NCBI RefSeq assembly: GCF_046119375.1
Contig: NW_027362762.1
Location: forward strand, 816,540,001 to 816,604,000
Origin: Phyllobates terribilis
Lineage: Eukaryota
Reading direction: 5' to 3'
Length of the DNA stretch: 64,000 nucleotides
The notes under the pieces were generated by a model. The model had not been told where the DNA came from. It saw only the letters and a list, made by a program, of their open reading frames with translations, and did not search any database. The position numbers were made by a program, and so were the translations under genes. Positions 22,789 to 34,313 of the stretch are shown piece after piece (position 1 is the first letter of the stretch; each line of letters starts with the position of its first letter).

Positions 22789-24420
22789 CAGTGCTCGGCG
22801 TAACATACATGCACACACACATATACACACATTGCTCTGTGTAACATACATGAACACACACACAGTGCTCGGCGTAACATACATACACACACGCACACAC
22901 ATATACAGTGCTCGGCGTAACATACATACACACACACATATACAGTGCTCGGCATAACATACATACATGCACACACACTCGGCGTAACATACATACACAC
23001 ACGTAAATGAGTACACAAGCTTTGAAAAGTAAGATATTAATCAATGTCTCACTTAATACAAGAACAGTCTCCAATTTTTACAAGGCTGATTTTCATATAA
23101 CATTTTATTAACCCATAGCATGAAAGTAAGGTTAATCATATAACCTTCATTACAAAATCTTCAGTTTTATTCAAATTAGTTGATGCAAAAATGAATACAC
23201 CCACATCAAAATGCTACATCTATTATTTTGTATGATCTCTATGATTTTTTAAGAACAACACTAAGTCTTCTAGGCATGAAATGAACAAGTCGGCGACATA
23301 GTGTAACATCTAACTTTTATACCATTCTTCAAAATTTACCTCTTTTATAGCCTGGACACTGGATGGAGAGTGATGCTCAACTTGTCTCTTCAGAATTCCC
23401 CATAGGTGTTTGATTGGGTTCAGATCAGGAGACACTTGACCACTGAATCACGTTCACCCTGTTCTTTTTCAGAAATGCAACACATGTGTGTTTTGGATTG
23501 TCATGTTGGAAAAGAGCGCATCTACCAAAGGCACGGAGTGAGGGTAGCATCTTCTCTTTCAATATAGATAGTATATCTACTGTGTAGTGGCAGTACATCT
23601 GTGAATTTATAATACCCTGCACGAACTGTGATTCCACTACACAAGAAGAACCCATGTCACCCCACATAAAGAGACTGCCACCACCATGTTTCACTTTAGT
23701 CTCCAGGCATTTTTATAAATACTTTTTTTCTAAATGCATGGTGCCTACAGTGAAACATAGTGGTAGCAGTGTCCTTATGTGGGGTTATATGAGTGCTGCT
23801 CGTGTGGGTGAGCTACAGTTCATTGAGGGTATCCTAAATTTACAGATGTACTGCTCTATATTGATAGAGAATATGCTACCATCACCCCGTGTCCTTGGTA
23901 GATGTGTAATTTAGCAACATGATAATGATCAAAAATACACATTTAAGGTTATTGTTGCATTTCTGAAGAAGAACAGGGGGAACGTGATTCAGAGGCCAAG
24001 TATGTCTCCTGATCTGAACCCAACCGAAGACCTATGGGGAATTCTGAAGAGACAAGTTGAGCATTACAGGCATCCAGGCTATAAAAAGAGGTCATTGATG
24101 AAGAATGAAATAAGATAGATGGTGGAATACGTCGCCATCTTCTTCATCCCATGCCTTGAAGACTTGTTGCGATTCTTAAAAATCATGGTCATACAAATAT
24201 TAGATGTAGCAGTTTTTGTGTGGGGTGTCTTCATTTTGCATCATTTAATTTGAGTCGAACTGAAGATTTTGTAATGAAAGTTGTATTATTAACCTTACTT
24301 TTATGCTATCAAAGTCAGTTTTGTAAAAATGTTGGAAATTAGTCTTGTATTCAATGAGACATTGATGAAAATCTAACTTTTCAAAGGGGGTGTACTCATG
24401 TATGCCAAATCCTATGTGTA
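22789..24420. mobile_element. Old fold-back Tc1 derivative made of two transposase 3' halves
   Basis: Minus-strand KHGGGS..W...FQHDNPKH (23425-23694) and plus-strand KHSGSSVLMW...QHDN...PDLNPTEDLW (about 23735-24100) diverge from a centre near 23710. TIR remnants GTAAATGAGTACAC / GTGTACTCATGTA. Confidence 0.8.
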
Positions 24421-24760
24421 TATGTATATGTTTCTTACATATACTTAGCTTTCTTACATATACTTCTACTTATCATTTTTGTACCTATACTTATCTTTTT
24501 TTACTTATCCTTACTTACCTATACTTAATCTTTCATACCTATATTTATTCTTTTTTATCTACACTTATTTTTACTTGCCTATATTTACTTATACTTTCTT
24601 ACCAATACTTACCTATACTTATTCTAGCTTGCCTATACTTATTATTTTATTTTAGGAAAATGTTTATTGAATGCTAAACATACTTATCCTTATAAGTATT
24701 CTTTTTATTTTTTAAATTTTAAATATACTTATTTATCTGTGCTTATCCTTTCCCACCTAT
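24410..24760. repeat. Low-complexity (TATACTTATCT)-like tract, continuing at 26665-27003
   Basis: Degenerate tandem ATACTTA/CTTATCC units on both sides of the Tc1 insertion. Confidence 0.7.
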
Positions 24761-24763
24761 ATA

Positions 24764-26662
24764 CACTGCTCAAAAAATAAAGGGAACACTTAAACAACAG
24801 AATATAACTCCAAGTAAATCAAACTTCTGTGAAATCAAACTGTCCACTTAGGAAGCAACACTGATTGACAATCAATTTCACATGCTGTTGTGCAAATGGA
24901 ATAGACAAAAGATGGAAATTATTGGCAATTATCAAGACACCCTCAATAAAGGAGTGGTTCTGCCGGTGGGGACCACAGACCACATCTCAGTACCAATGCT
25001 TTCAGGCTGATGGTTTGGTCATTTTTGAATGTTGGTTGTGCTTTCACATTCGTGGTAGCATGAGACAGACTCTACAACCCACAGAAGTTGCTCAGGTAGT
25101 GCAGCTCATCCAGGATAGCACATCAATGTGAGCTGTGGCAAGAAGGTTTGCTGTGTCTGTCAGCGTAGTGTCCAGAGGCTGGAGATGCTACCAGGAGACA
25201 GGCCAGTACACCAGGAGATGTGGAGAGGGCCGTAGGAGGGCAACAACCCAGCAGCAGGACCGCAACCTCCACCTTTATGCAAGGAGGAAAGGAGAAGCAC
25301 TGCCAGAGTCCTGCAAAATGATCTCCAGCAGGCCACAAATGTGCGTGTGTCTGCACAAACTGTTAGAAACCGACTCCATGAGGGTGGAATGAGGGCCAGA
25401 CATCCACAGATGGGGGTTGTGCTCACAGCCCAACACCGTGCAGGACGTTTGGCATTTACCACAGAACACCAGGATTGTCAAAGTCGCCACTGGCACCCTG
25501 TGCTCTTCACAGATGAAACCAGGTTCACAATGAGCACGTCTGGAGATGCCGTGGAGAGCGATCTGCTGCCTGCAACATCCTTCAGCATGACCGGTTTGGC
25601 AGTGGGTCAGTAATGGTGTGGTGAGGTCTACCATTGTCCTGCATAAGGAGGAACCCAGGGCCAACCGCACCAGCATATGGTCTCACAAGGGGTCTGAGGA
25701 TCTCATCTCAGTACCTAATGACAGTCAGGCTACCTCTGGTGAGCACATGGAGGGCTGTGTGGCCCTCAAAAGAAATCCCACCCCACACCATTACTGACCC
25801 AATGCCAAACCAGTCATGTTGAAGGATGTTGCAGGCAGCAGATCGCTCTCTACGGCGACTCCAGACTGTGTCACGTCTGTCACATATGCTCAGTGTGAAC
25901 CTGCTTTTATCTATGTAGAGCACAGGGCGCCAGTGGCGACTTTGCCAATTCTGGTGTTCTGTGACAAATGCCAAGCGTCCTGCACAGTGTTGGGCTGTGA
26001 GCAAACTCCCCATCTGTGGACATCGGGCCCTCATACCACCCTCATGGAGTCGGTTTCTAACCGTTTGTGCAGACACATGAACATTTGTGGCCTGCTGGAG
26101 GTCATTTTGCAGGGCTCTGGCAGTGCTCCTCCTGTTCCTCCTTGCACAAATGTGGAGGCAGTGGTCCTGCTGCTGGGTTGTTGCCCTCCTACGGCCTTCT
26201 CCACATCTCCTGGTATACTGGCCTGTCTCCTGGTAGCGTCTCCAGCCTCTGGACACTACGCTGACAGACACAGCAAACCTTCTTTCCACAGCTCGCATTG
26301 ATGTGCTATCTTGGATGAGCTGCACTACCTGAGCAACTTCTGTGGGTTGTAGAGTCTGTCTCATGCTACCACGAGTGTGAAAACACAACCAACATTCCAA
26401 AGTGATCAAAACATCAGCCAGAAAGCATTGGTACTGAGATGTGGTCTGTGGTCCCCACCTGCAGAACCACTCCTTTATTGAGGGTATCTTGGTAATTGCC
26501 AATTTCCATCTATTGTCTATTCCATTTGCACAACAGCATGTGAAATTGATTTTCAATCAGTGTTGCTTCCTAAGTGGACAGTTTGATTTCACAGAAGTTT
26601 GATTTACTTGAAGGTATATTCTGTTGTTTCCCTTTGTGTTCCCTTTATGTTTTTGAGCAGTG
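24764..26662. mobile_element. Fold-back Tc1 derivative made of two transposase 5' halves
   Basis: TA flanks, TIR CACTGCTCAAAAA. Plus arm encodes [14 protein letters not shown]...FTDETRF; minus arm (25708-26556) encodes the same N-terminus through MQDN. Junction near 25620. Confidence 0.9.
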
Positions 26663-27003
26663 TACTTACCTATATTTCTTCTTTTTTCCTATAGTTATCC
26701 TCTCGTACCTACAGTTATCCTTACCTAGCTATACTTATCCTTAACTACACTTAAACTTTTTTTCTTATTTTTATTGAATTGAAATATATTTAGCCTTTAT
26801 TATGTATTCTTATCTTTTTTTACCTATACTTTTTTTTTTAATATACTTATTGTTTCTTACCTATAATTATCTATAGTTATGCTTTTTTATCAATACTTAT
26901 CCTTCCCTAACTATACTTATATTTTTTTTTGTTTTTTTGTTTTTTTTTTATATCTACTTATCGTTTCTTACCTATCCTTATCCTTATCCTTTCTTATTTA
27001 TAC

Positions 27004-27195
27004 TTATCTGAATAGAGTATTTATGAAGGAGGCGATCCTGACCCTTCCTCTTCTCATCATCCTTCTTGCATTAATGCGGGGCCAGGCGCAGCAAGTTGTT
27101 TCCTCCTCTGTACTTTGGCTGCCTTTTTCTTGGACATGTTCTTCTTCCTCTGTAGAAGTGATGTCTTCTTCTGGAATATTCTCAGTCTCTGGTTC
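27004..27195 (-). CDS. Uncharacterised host gene, last coding exon (EPETENIPEED...RIASFINTLFR*)
   Basis: Acceptor CTTCATTTTGTTTATAG, phase 0, 63 codons plus TAA. Confidence 0.8.
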   Translation of the reverse strand, partial: EPETENIPEEDITSTEEEEHVQEKGSQSTEEETTCCAWPRINARRMMRRGRVRIASFINTLFR

Positions 27196-27955
27196 CTATA
27201 AACAAAATGAAGTAAAGCTAAATATTGTGGCCCTGATTCATCATATGCATTTTTAAGTTCCTTTCCTTTTTTTGTCTTGTGGTATTAGTTGCGTTTTTGG
27301 GTGTCAAATTTATCAAATCGGTGCACCAGATTTATGAATTTGGCATTAAGTAAAAAATGGTCTTTCTGTGTCTTGAACTAGTTTTTGTAAATTTTGGCAC
27401 CAAAAGTTGCAAAAATTGCCCCTAATACTGGCTTACTGAAAAAATGCAGCCGGGTTGGACTGGAGTAAACTTGTGGTAAATTTGGAAAAGGTTTCAATTG
27501 ATGAATCAGGATAAAATATCTGGAATTACTAGACTCCACCCACAAAGCAGAAAATAAAATAAAAAAACAGGCAAGCACATATAGTATAGACTTAGAAAAG
27601 GAGCAAATAAAATAATGAAATAGGTGGAAACAAAAAAGGCGCTAAACACACAAAACTAGACAAAAAATCTGGTGCAAAGGCAATGATGAATCAGGGCCTG
27701 TGACCCGGAGCCGTTCCCTATGTGTAATGATCAGAGAAGCTAAAAAGTGCATCGGCTGAAAGATGAGGGTGATACTGATATATAATCAACTGTGTATCTG
27801 AATCAATGATGAGCATAGTTATGAGGATCTGTATATAACTACTATAACCAAAGATTGACAATTCCATTTTTTTTCCTCTACATGATGCTAATGTAAATCA
27901 TGTCCTTTCAGTTCAGTATGAAGATAAACCCTGGATCATCACCACCATCACTTAC

Positions 27956-28003
27956 CTCATCCTCTGGGATCCTAATGCCATCATCCAGCTTCATGTAGAT
28001 GGG
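27956..28003 (-). CDS. Uncharacterised host gene, coding exon 4 (PIYMKLDDGIRIPEDE)
   Basis: TTCTTACCTGTTGTATTGCAG| 48 nt |GTAAGT, phase 0/0. Confidence 0.82.
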
Positions 28004-28376
28004 CTGCAATACAACAGGTAAGAATTCGTTAGTATTTATTTTTTTTAATATTATAAAGGAGTTGTGTAGCCCTGGTGGAATTTTCATAAAGAATTGTACC
28101 CTAACACACTGTTAGGATTCGGCTTCGCCTGTCGGTGTCAGCAGTTGTTTTATGATCAAAAGTATGCAATTTGCATACAAATTGTCATGTCAGTAGAACA
28201 TTACATACTGCTTGCATTCTGTTGTAAATTACACCAGGGCTGAACAACCCCTTTGATTTCAGTCATTTTATACATTCCTCATATTATTGCATACTAGGAT
28301 TTGTAGCTTAGAGATGCCTGCAGGGCCATAGGTAAGGGAGCACTTATATAAACCATGGTGGCAATGAGTCTCTTAC

Positions 28377-28412
28377 CCCGTCACTGTCGTCATAACCATC
28401 CACATCTTGATC
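28377..28412 (-). CDS. Uncharacterised host gene, coding exon 3 (DQDVDGYDDSDG)
   Basis: TTTTCCTCTTTTCTTCTATAAG| 36 nt |GTAAGA, phase 0/0. Confidence 0.8.
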
Positions 28413-28456
28413 CTTATAGAAGAAAAGAGGAAAATTACAAATTGTATTGGGAAAAC

Positions 28457-28500
28457 ACCTCCTGACGAAACTGCAGCAGCGGTGAAACGCGCGTCGAGGT
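28457..28500 (+). ncRNA. Minimal type I hammerhead ribozyme motif (Penelope/retrozyme type)
   Basis: Stem I ACCTC/GAGGT, core CTGACGA, stem II ACTGC-AGCA-GCGGT, GAAAC, palindromic loop GCGC, cleavage triplet GTC. One extra A after the core. Confidence 0.75.
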
Positions 28501-29432
28501 AGCAAGTGAGCCCACCATCTAAGACTAAATCCAATGTCTACAGGTAATATACCTTTCTAATTATACCTTTGAGACACCTATAGACCATATCAAATATACC
28601 TCTATCATTTACTACTTCAATAAGACCTATCAAATTGTATTATTAGGTAGTCTCCCACATTCACTTTACTGTTTACCATCTTATACCTTAGACTTAGGGG
28701 AGAAAAAATATTATAGTCTGGCTCACTGGTCTCTTAAAAACCTTTGTACTAAGCTATGTCCTATTTCTATGTATATGTGAAAATCTATGTTATCATTCTT
28801 TTAAAAAATACTCTTTTTGATATAATAAATTTCTGAAATGTAAATTACTCTGATCCACTGCTCCTCTATCTTTTTCAGTAATTGGTGATGTATTGGGAAA
28901 ATGTTTGGGTGCTCTCAGATCTGCACTATGATATTATTGGTGTTTTTCTCTGTGTATCCGTGTTTTTTCTATATTCTATTTTTGATGCAGTTGTTTTATG
29001 CTTCATATAACAAAAATTGTAGACACACAAATATATGATTTTGTGCCCTTTTAATCAGTTGCTTAATACACTGCTAGTCATACAATTTTGCTTTTTTCTG
29101 AATATTACTTTGTGTACATGTCTCACGGAGCGGAGTGACCTCGGTGAACTATAATCATTTAACTCTCATTAACTGTCCAAATATACAATATTTCCGCTGA
29201 CTGACTTGAACACAGCAGATCTGACACTACTCGCGGCCCTCACACTTATTCTCCTGTGATTTTGTGTGTTTTTTCTCCTTGAGTGTGATTGGTAGCAGTA
29301 TATATTGCACTGTGACTTTAGTTAAGGTGAACCTTGACTAAGAACAATTTGTTTGTGTGAAACGCGCTAGGGAAAGTTTCTATGTTGCAGTTGGAATACA
29401 CTTTAATAATATGATCTGCTCATATCGCTTAC

Positions 29433-29468
29433 GTAGTATTCCGTCATCTGTAGCACAGAGTCTCTCAT
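29433..29468 (-). CDS. Uncharacterised host gene, coding exon 2 (MRDSVLQMTEYY)
   Basis: TTTTTTTTTCTCATTGCAACAG| 36 nt |GTAAGC, phase 0/0. Confidence 0.8.
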
Positions 29469-29598
29469 CTGTTGCAATGAGAAAAAAAAACATTATTAGT
29501 ATCTTATCTGTATTCTAGTAACAGATCTAAAAAACTCGACTCATGTGGCTTCTGTTACAAACATTTTTATCAATAGCCAAATCGGATCATCCTTTATA

Positions 29599-31132
29599 CA
29601 GCTCTGGTAAAAATTAAGAGACCACTGCAAAATTTTCATTTTCTCTGATTTTTCTCTTTATAGGTCTATTTTTGAGTAAAATGTACATTGTTTTATTCTA
29701 TAAATTACTGACAACATGTCTCCGAAATTCAAAGCTAAAAAGTTTGAATTTATTTGCAGCAAATGAGAAATCGTCAAAATAATAAAAAATAAACAGTTCT
29801 TTCAGATCTCAAATAAGGCAAAGAAAACAAGTTCTTATTCATTTAGAAAAAACAATACTCATGTTTTAACTCAGGAAGAGTTCAGAAATCAATATTTGGT
29901 GGAATAACCATGATTTTTAATCACAGCTTTCATGCGTCTTGGCATGCTTTCCACCAGTCTTTCACACTGCTTTTGGGTGACCTTATGCCACTCCTGGCAC
30001 AAAAATGTAAGCAGTTCTTCTTTGATGGCTTGTGACTATCCATCTTCCTCTTGATTACATTAGAGGTTTTCAATGCAGTTGAGGTCTGGAGACTGGGCTG
30101 GCCATGACAGGGTCTTGATGTGGTGCTCCTTCATCCACACATTAATTGGCCTAGTTGTGTGGCATGGGGCAATGTGCTGCTGGAAAAAAACAGTCTTCAG
30201 AGTCGGGGAACATTGTCTGAGCAGAAGGAAGCAAGTGGTTTTTCAAGGATAACCTTGTATGCAGCTTGATTTATACGTCCTTCACAAAGATTAACCTGCC
30301 CAATTCCAGCCTTGCTGAAGCATCCCCAGATCATCACCGATCCTCCACCAAATTTCACAGTGGGTGCAAGACATTGTGGCTTGTATGCCTCTCCAGTTCT
30401 CCGTCTAACCATTAGACGACCAGGTGTTGGGCAAAGCTGAAAATTAGACTCATCAGAGAAGATTACCTTACTCCAGTCCTCTAGTACCTTACTTCTGCCT
30501 GGCTCTCCTTTGCTTCTCATTGATGAAAGGCTTTTTTCTAGCTTTACATGACTTGAGGCCTGCCTCTAGGAGCCTGTTACGAAGGTCACTTGATGTCATC
30601 CTGCAGTTGCTGAGTGACATTCGAATAAGATGACTGTCATCTCGGTCAGTGGAGAGTCGCTTTCGCCCTCTGCCGGTCTGTAGCTTTGTTGTCCACAATG
30701 TCTGCTGCTTGACCTTGTTGTAATGGACTGCCATCTTCGAAATTTTAAGGATGGAGGCAACATGACGCTCACTGTATAGTAAAACCAGAATTGAGCCCTT
30801 TGCCTCACTCAAGACTTTTCTTTTCAACTCCTTTGGCATGGTTAAACGTTAGTTTTTCATTCAAATTAGTTTTGTGCTATTCCTAGCACTTGTTTTGCCA
30901 TCCAGCTTGTCCTATTGCAAGAGGATTGTGAAGACCACAGCAGTGTTTTTTATACTTTCCCTTGTTACATAAGATTTGGTTCAGGTGATCACCTAATCAG
31001 AAGCACATTAAGTAGAATGGGATGTACTTTGGTTGGAATTCAACTGACACTGGAATGGAATGGCTGTCAGACATGCAGAGATGGTGATTTTTAGAAAACT
31101 GTGCAGTGGTCTCCTATTTTTTGCCAGAGCTG
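29599..31132 (-). mobile_element. Tc1 element, decayed transposase
   Basis: TA flanks, TIR CAGCTCTGG.AAAAAT..GAGACCACTGCA. ORFs 30489-30839 (HTH region) and 30197-30520 (VIFSDESNF...KFGGGSVMIWG). Confidence 0.92.
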
Positions 31133-31460
31133 TATGTATCTGTCCTCCCAATGCACATCACACGTTATCAAATATAATCTGTGCTGAATTCCTCAACAAT
31201 CTCAGTGGCATCTGGAAAATTACTGCTTTTCTTATTCAGGTTAGGGATTTGTTCCTATCTGCCATTTTGACAGCAAAACTAGCAGAGCACTCTGGCAAAA
31301 CAGACTCCGCCTCTGATCGTAAGGCCAAGTTCACACAATTTTATTTTCGGTCTCTACATGAAAAAACAGGAATCACACGGACAGCGCTAGGACCAATGCA
31401 ATTCGATTAGTTGATAGGAGAGTGTTTTTTTTTTTTCTTTTTTAACCCCTTTATGATATA

Positions 31461-33040
31461 CAGTGCAGACCAAAAGTTTGGACACACCTTCTCATTTAAA
31501 GATTTTTCTGTATTTTCATGACTATGAAAATTGTACATTCACACTGAAGGCATCAAAACTATGAATTAATACATGTGGAATTATATACTTAATAAAAAAG
31601 TGTGAAACAACTGAAAATATGTCTTATATTCTAGATTCTTCAAAGTAGCCACCTTTTGCTTTGACTGCTTTGCACATGACTAGCCCAGGGGATGGGGATG
31701 ACTCAGTACCCGGGCCTTTGCCTTCGGGATGTCGCGGTGGTCGGCTCCCAGGCCCGTACCCTGGGGTCTCTCTTTAAAAGGGTGAATAGTTGTTAGTTTT
31801 AAGAAAGAGTTTGTGACGTAACCTGTGGCTTCTGGTGAGAATCACCAGCACTGCGCAGTCCTCTGAGGCCGATGATAAGGCAGCTTGATGGTATAGCTCC
31901 CCACAGGTGGAGCTAGGCCTCAGGGCAGTGTATGACGGGGTATGCAGGACAGACGAGACCCAGCCGAGTCAGAGCAAGAACAGGGACCGACACGATAGTC
32001 ACTTCAGTACCTTTTACTGGTGGAATTTCAGGCACTCCCCGGAGCACTGTAGTGTGAAGGGTGTATGTCCGGATCCTCCCCAATGAGCAGGTTTTGGGCC
32101 TCCTGTTTCTTGCCTCTGCGTAGTAAGTTTCTGACCTGCCTGGAGCTAGGCCTAACTTTGTCTCTGTCCTGCGCTGGCTGACCTTGTGGTAGGGCCTTTT
32201 CTTGGAGTACACGCACCTTAGCTGTGGGCCTATGTGTCTCCTGGCTCTGTTACGTATCAGCACTTTAGCGATCCTGGAACTTGTAGTTCTCCAGGGATTC
32301 CTTTTATGCCTTACTGGGTCTTAGAGATCCCGGTAAACTTCGGACCCGGTGTCCGGTAAATTCTTCGGGGTGAGCTAGTTAAGCTCCTCTGCCCCCTATG
32401 TACTAACTCTCCACTCGCCTTCAGCCCTGCTCGGGGCCCTCACTAGGCTACTCACACTGCAGCCGGGACACTGCTCTTCTTCGCCGCTCTCAGAGCATCG
32501 GCACACTCCTAGCTCTCTATCCTGAGCTCTGTGAGTTCTAGTCTGGACTCTCTCTACAGACTATACTGAACTCTTTCTGCAGGAACTGCTAGGCTCTGGC
32601 TCGACTGCGCTGAGTCTTTCTGTGTCTGAGCAGGAAACTGCTGAATCACTTTCTGGGCTGCCTGGCTCCACCTTCCCTTTATATACTCCTAACGGGCTCC
32701 CTCTGGTGGTCTGAGGTGGAAGGTGGAGGTGTGTGAATGCTTATGAGGGCCTCTTGTGGAGGAATCCGGTAATGCACCCCTCTAGGATCTGTGATGCCAA
32801 GCGCAGCTGGGCGTCACGCACACTCTTGGCATTCTCTTGATGAGCTTCAAGAGGTAGTCACCGGAAATGGTTTCACTTCACAGGTGTGCCCTGTCAGGTT
32901 TAATAAGTGGGATTTCTTGCCTTATAAATGGGGTTGGGCAGAAGTCTGGTGGATACACAGCTGATAGTCCTACTGAATAGACTGTTAGAATTTGTATTAT
33001 GGCAAGAAAAAAGCAGCTAAGTAAAGAAAAACGAGTGGAC
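31461..33040 (+). mobile_element. Tc1 left-end fragment interrupted by a solo LTR
   Basis: TA-CAGT.CAGACCAAAAGTTTGGACACACCTTCTCATT. Same family as 48439-48790 and 59311-59391. Confidence 0.75.
31677..32818 (-). mobile_element. Solo LTR, more distant relative of the 52463 LTR family
   Basis: TGAC...GTCAC ends, CACA duplicated at the flanks, restores the Tc1 sequence TTGCACACTCTTGG when removed. Patchy similarity to 52463-52750. Orientation inferred from that similarity. Confidence 0.7.
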
Positions 33041-34123
33041 ACGGAAACTTGTCGCAGGCGCCGGTGAGTCACTCTGCCTTCCCGGCGCCTGCGCACAAGT
33101 TTCTTGCTCCACAAGGATACACAGACTGCAGGGATTACTGCGCCTCCCGTACAAGGGAAATTACACAGGCGCGGGATCCGGCCGGGAACTGCACGTCACA
33201 GGGCCCTGTGATGTGCAAGGGAGAGGGGGAATATGGAAATTAACAGGCGGGGATTTCTTTGTTTCCTCCAGACACGAAGCTTATCAAAACTAACATGTAT
33301 TTCAAAGCAAGCAAACCTCTACTATGGGCCATACAGGGAAGTATAGATTCACATTTCTATCACCTGTATGCCCATATTAGAGGTCTGATAGGTCCCAGGG
33401 GGGTGACAGATTCCCTTTAAATCACCCCCCTTTCACCCCATTCAAAATAAAACAATAAAAAAAAAATCACATACACATATTGGGCGGTTCTGAACGCGGC
33501 GATACCAAATCTACCAATATAAAAAGAGAGTTTAATCCAATCTGCAAACGGCGTAATGAGAAAAAAAATTTAAACGCCAGAATTACATTTTTTTGGTCGC
33601 CCAACATTGCAATAAAATGCAATAACGGGTGACAAAACCATTGGATCTAGGCCCAAACTATTATCAATAAAAAATGTCAGCTCCGCGTGGAAAAAATAAG
33701 CCCTCATCCAGCCTCAGAGCATGAAAAATGCAGACGCTACGGGTCTCTGAAAATGGAGCCATTTGTTTTAGCAAACTTTGGATTTTTTTTCACCAATTAA
33801 AAAAAAAGAACCTGTACATGTTAGATGTCTGTGAACTCGTAATGACTTGGAGAATAATAAAGGCATTGAGTCTATGAGCGCACAAAAAAATTGGATCCAA
33901 TACGGATCTATATACATACCATATGTATGTACTATATATCTTACACTACTATATAGTGTAAGATTTTTATGGATACAAACAATTCTTTAACATAGTAAAT
34001 TGTATTTGGTCATATAAATGCCATATGGATGAAAATGGAGATGAAAATCATCTGTTTTTCTGAATGAAATAACACATATAAAGTACACAGCCTATCTAAT
34101 AAATGAAGGAGCCTGGCACTGAC

Positions 34124-34216
34124 ACTGTCTATAAAGCTGTCCAGCAGGTCAGAGATCATCGACATGTAGGTCTCAGCATGGTCCATCTCGCTGTCAGAGG
34201 ATGTAGATCCGGACAT
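34124..34216 (-). CDS. Uncharacterised host gene, first coding exon (MSGSTSSDSEMDHAETYMSMISDLLDSFIDS)
   Basis: Exon starts at 34225 after TTTCTAATATCTGCCCAG; ATG at 34216. Donor GTCAGT at 34123 is weaker but gives phase 0, matching the next exon. Confidence 0.65.
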
Positions 34217-34313
34217 CGCTGGTTCCTGGGCAGATATTAGAAATATGCTTAAACATGTAAGAATGTCATATTCCAGAGTCACCAGTATAAAGTTACAAAG
34301 GGAGACCAGAATA

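Noticed and set aside
31164-31211. Extra 48-nt phase-0 exon (MPLRLLRNSAQIIFDN) for the minus-strand gene
   Set aside because: Purine-rich acceptor with upstream AGs and a weak GTGTGA donor; not supportable without RNA data.
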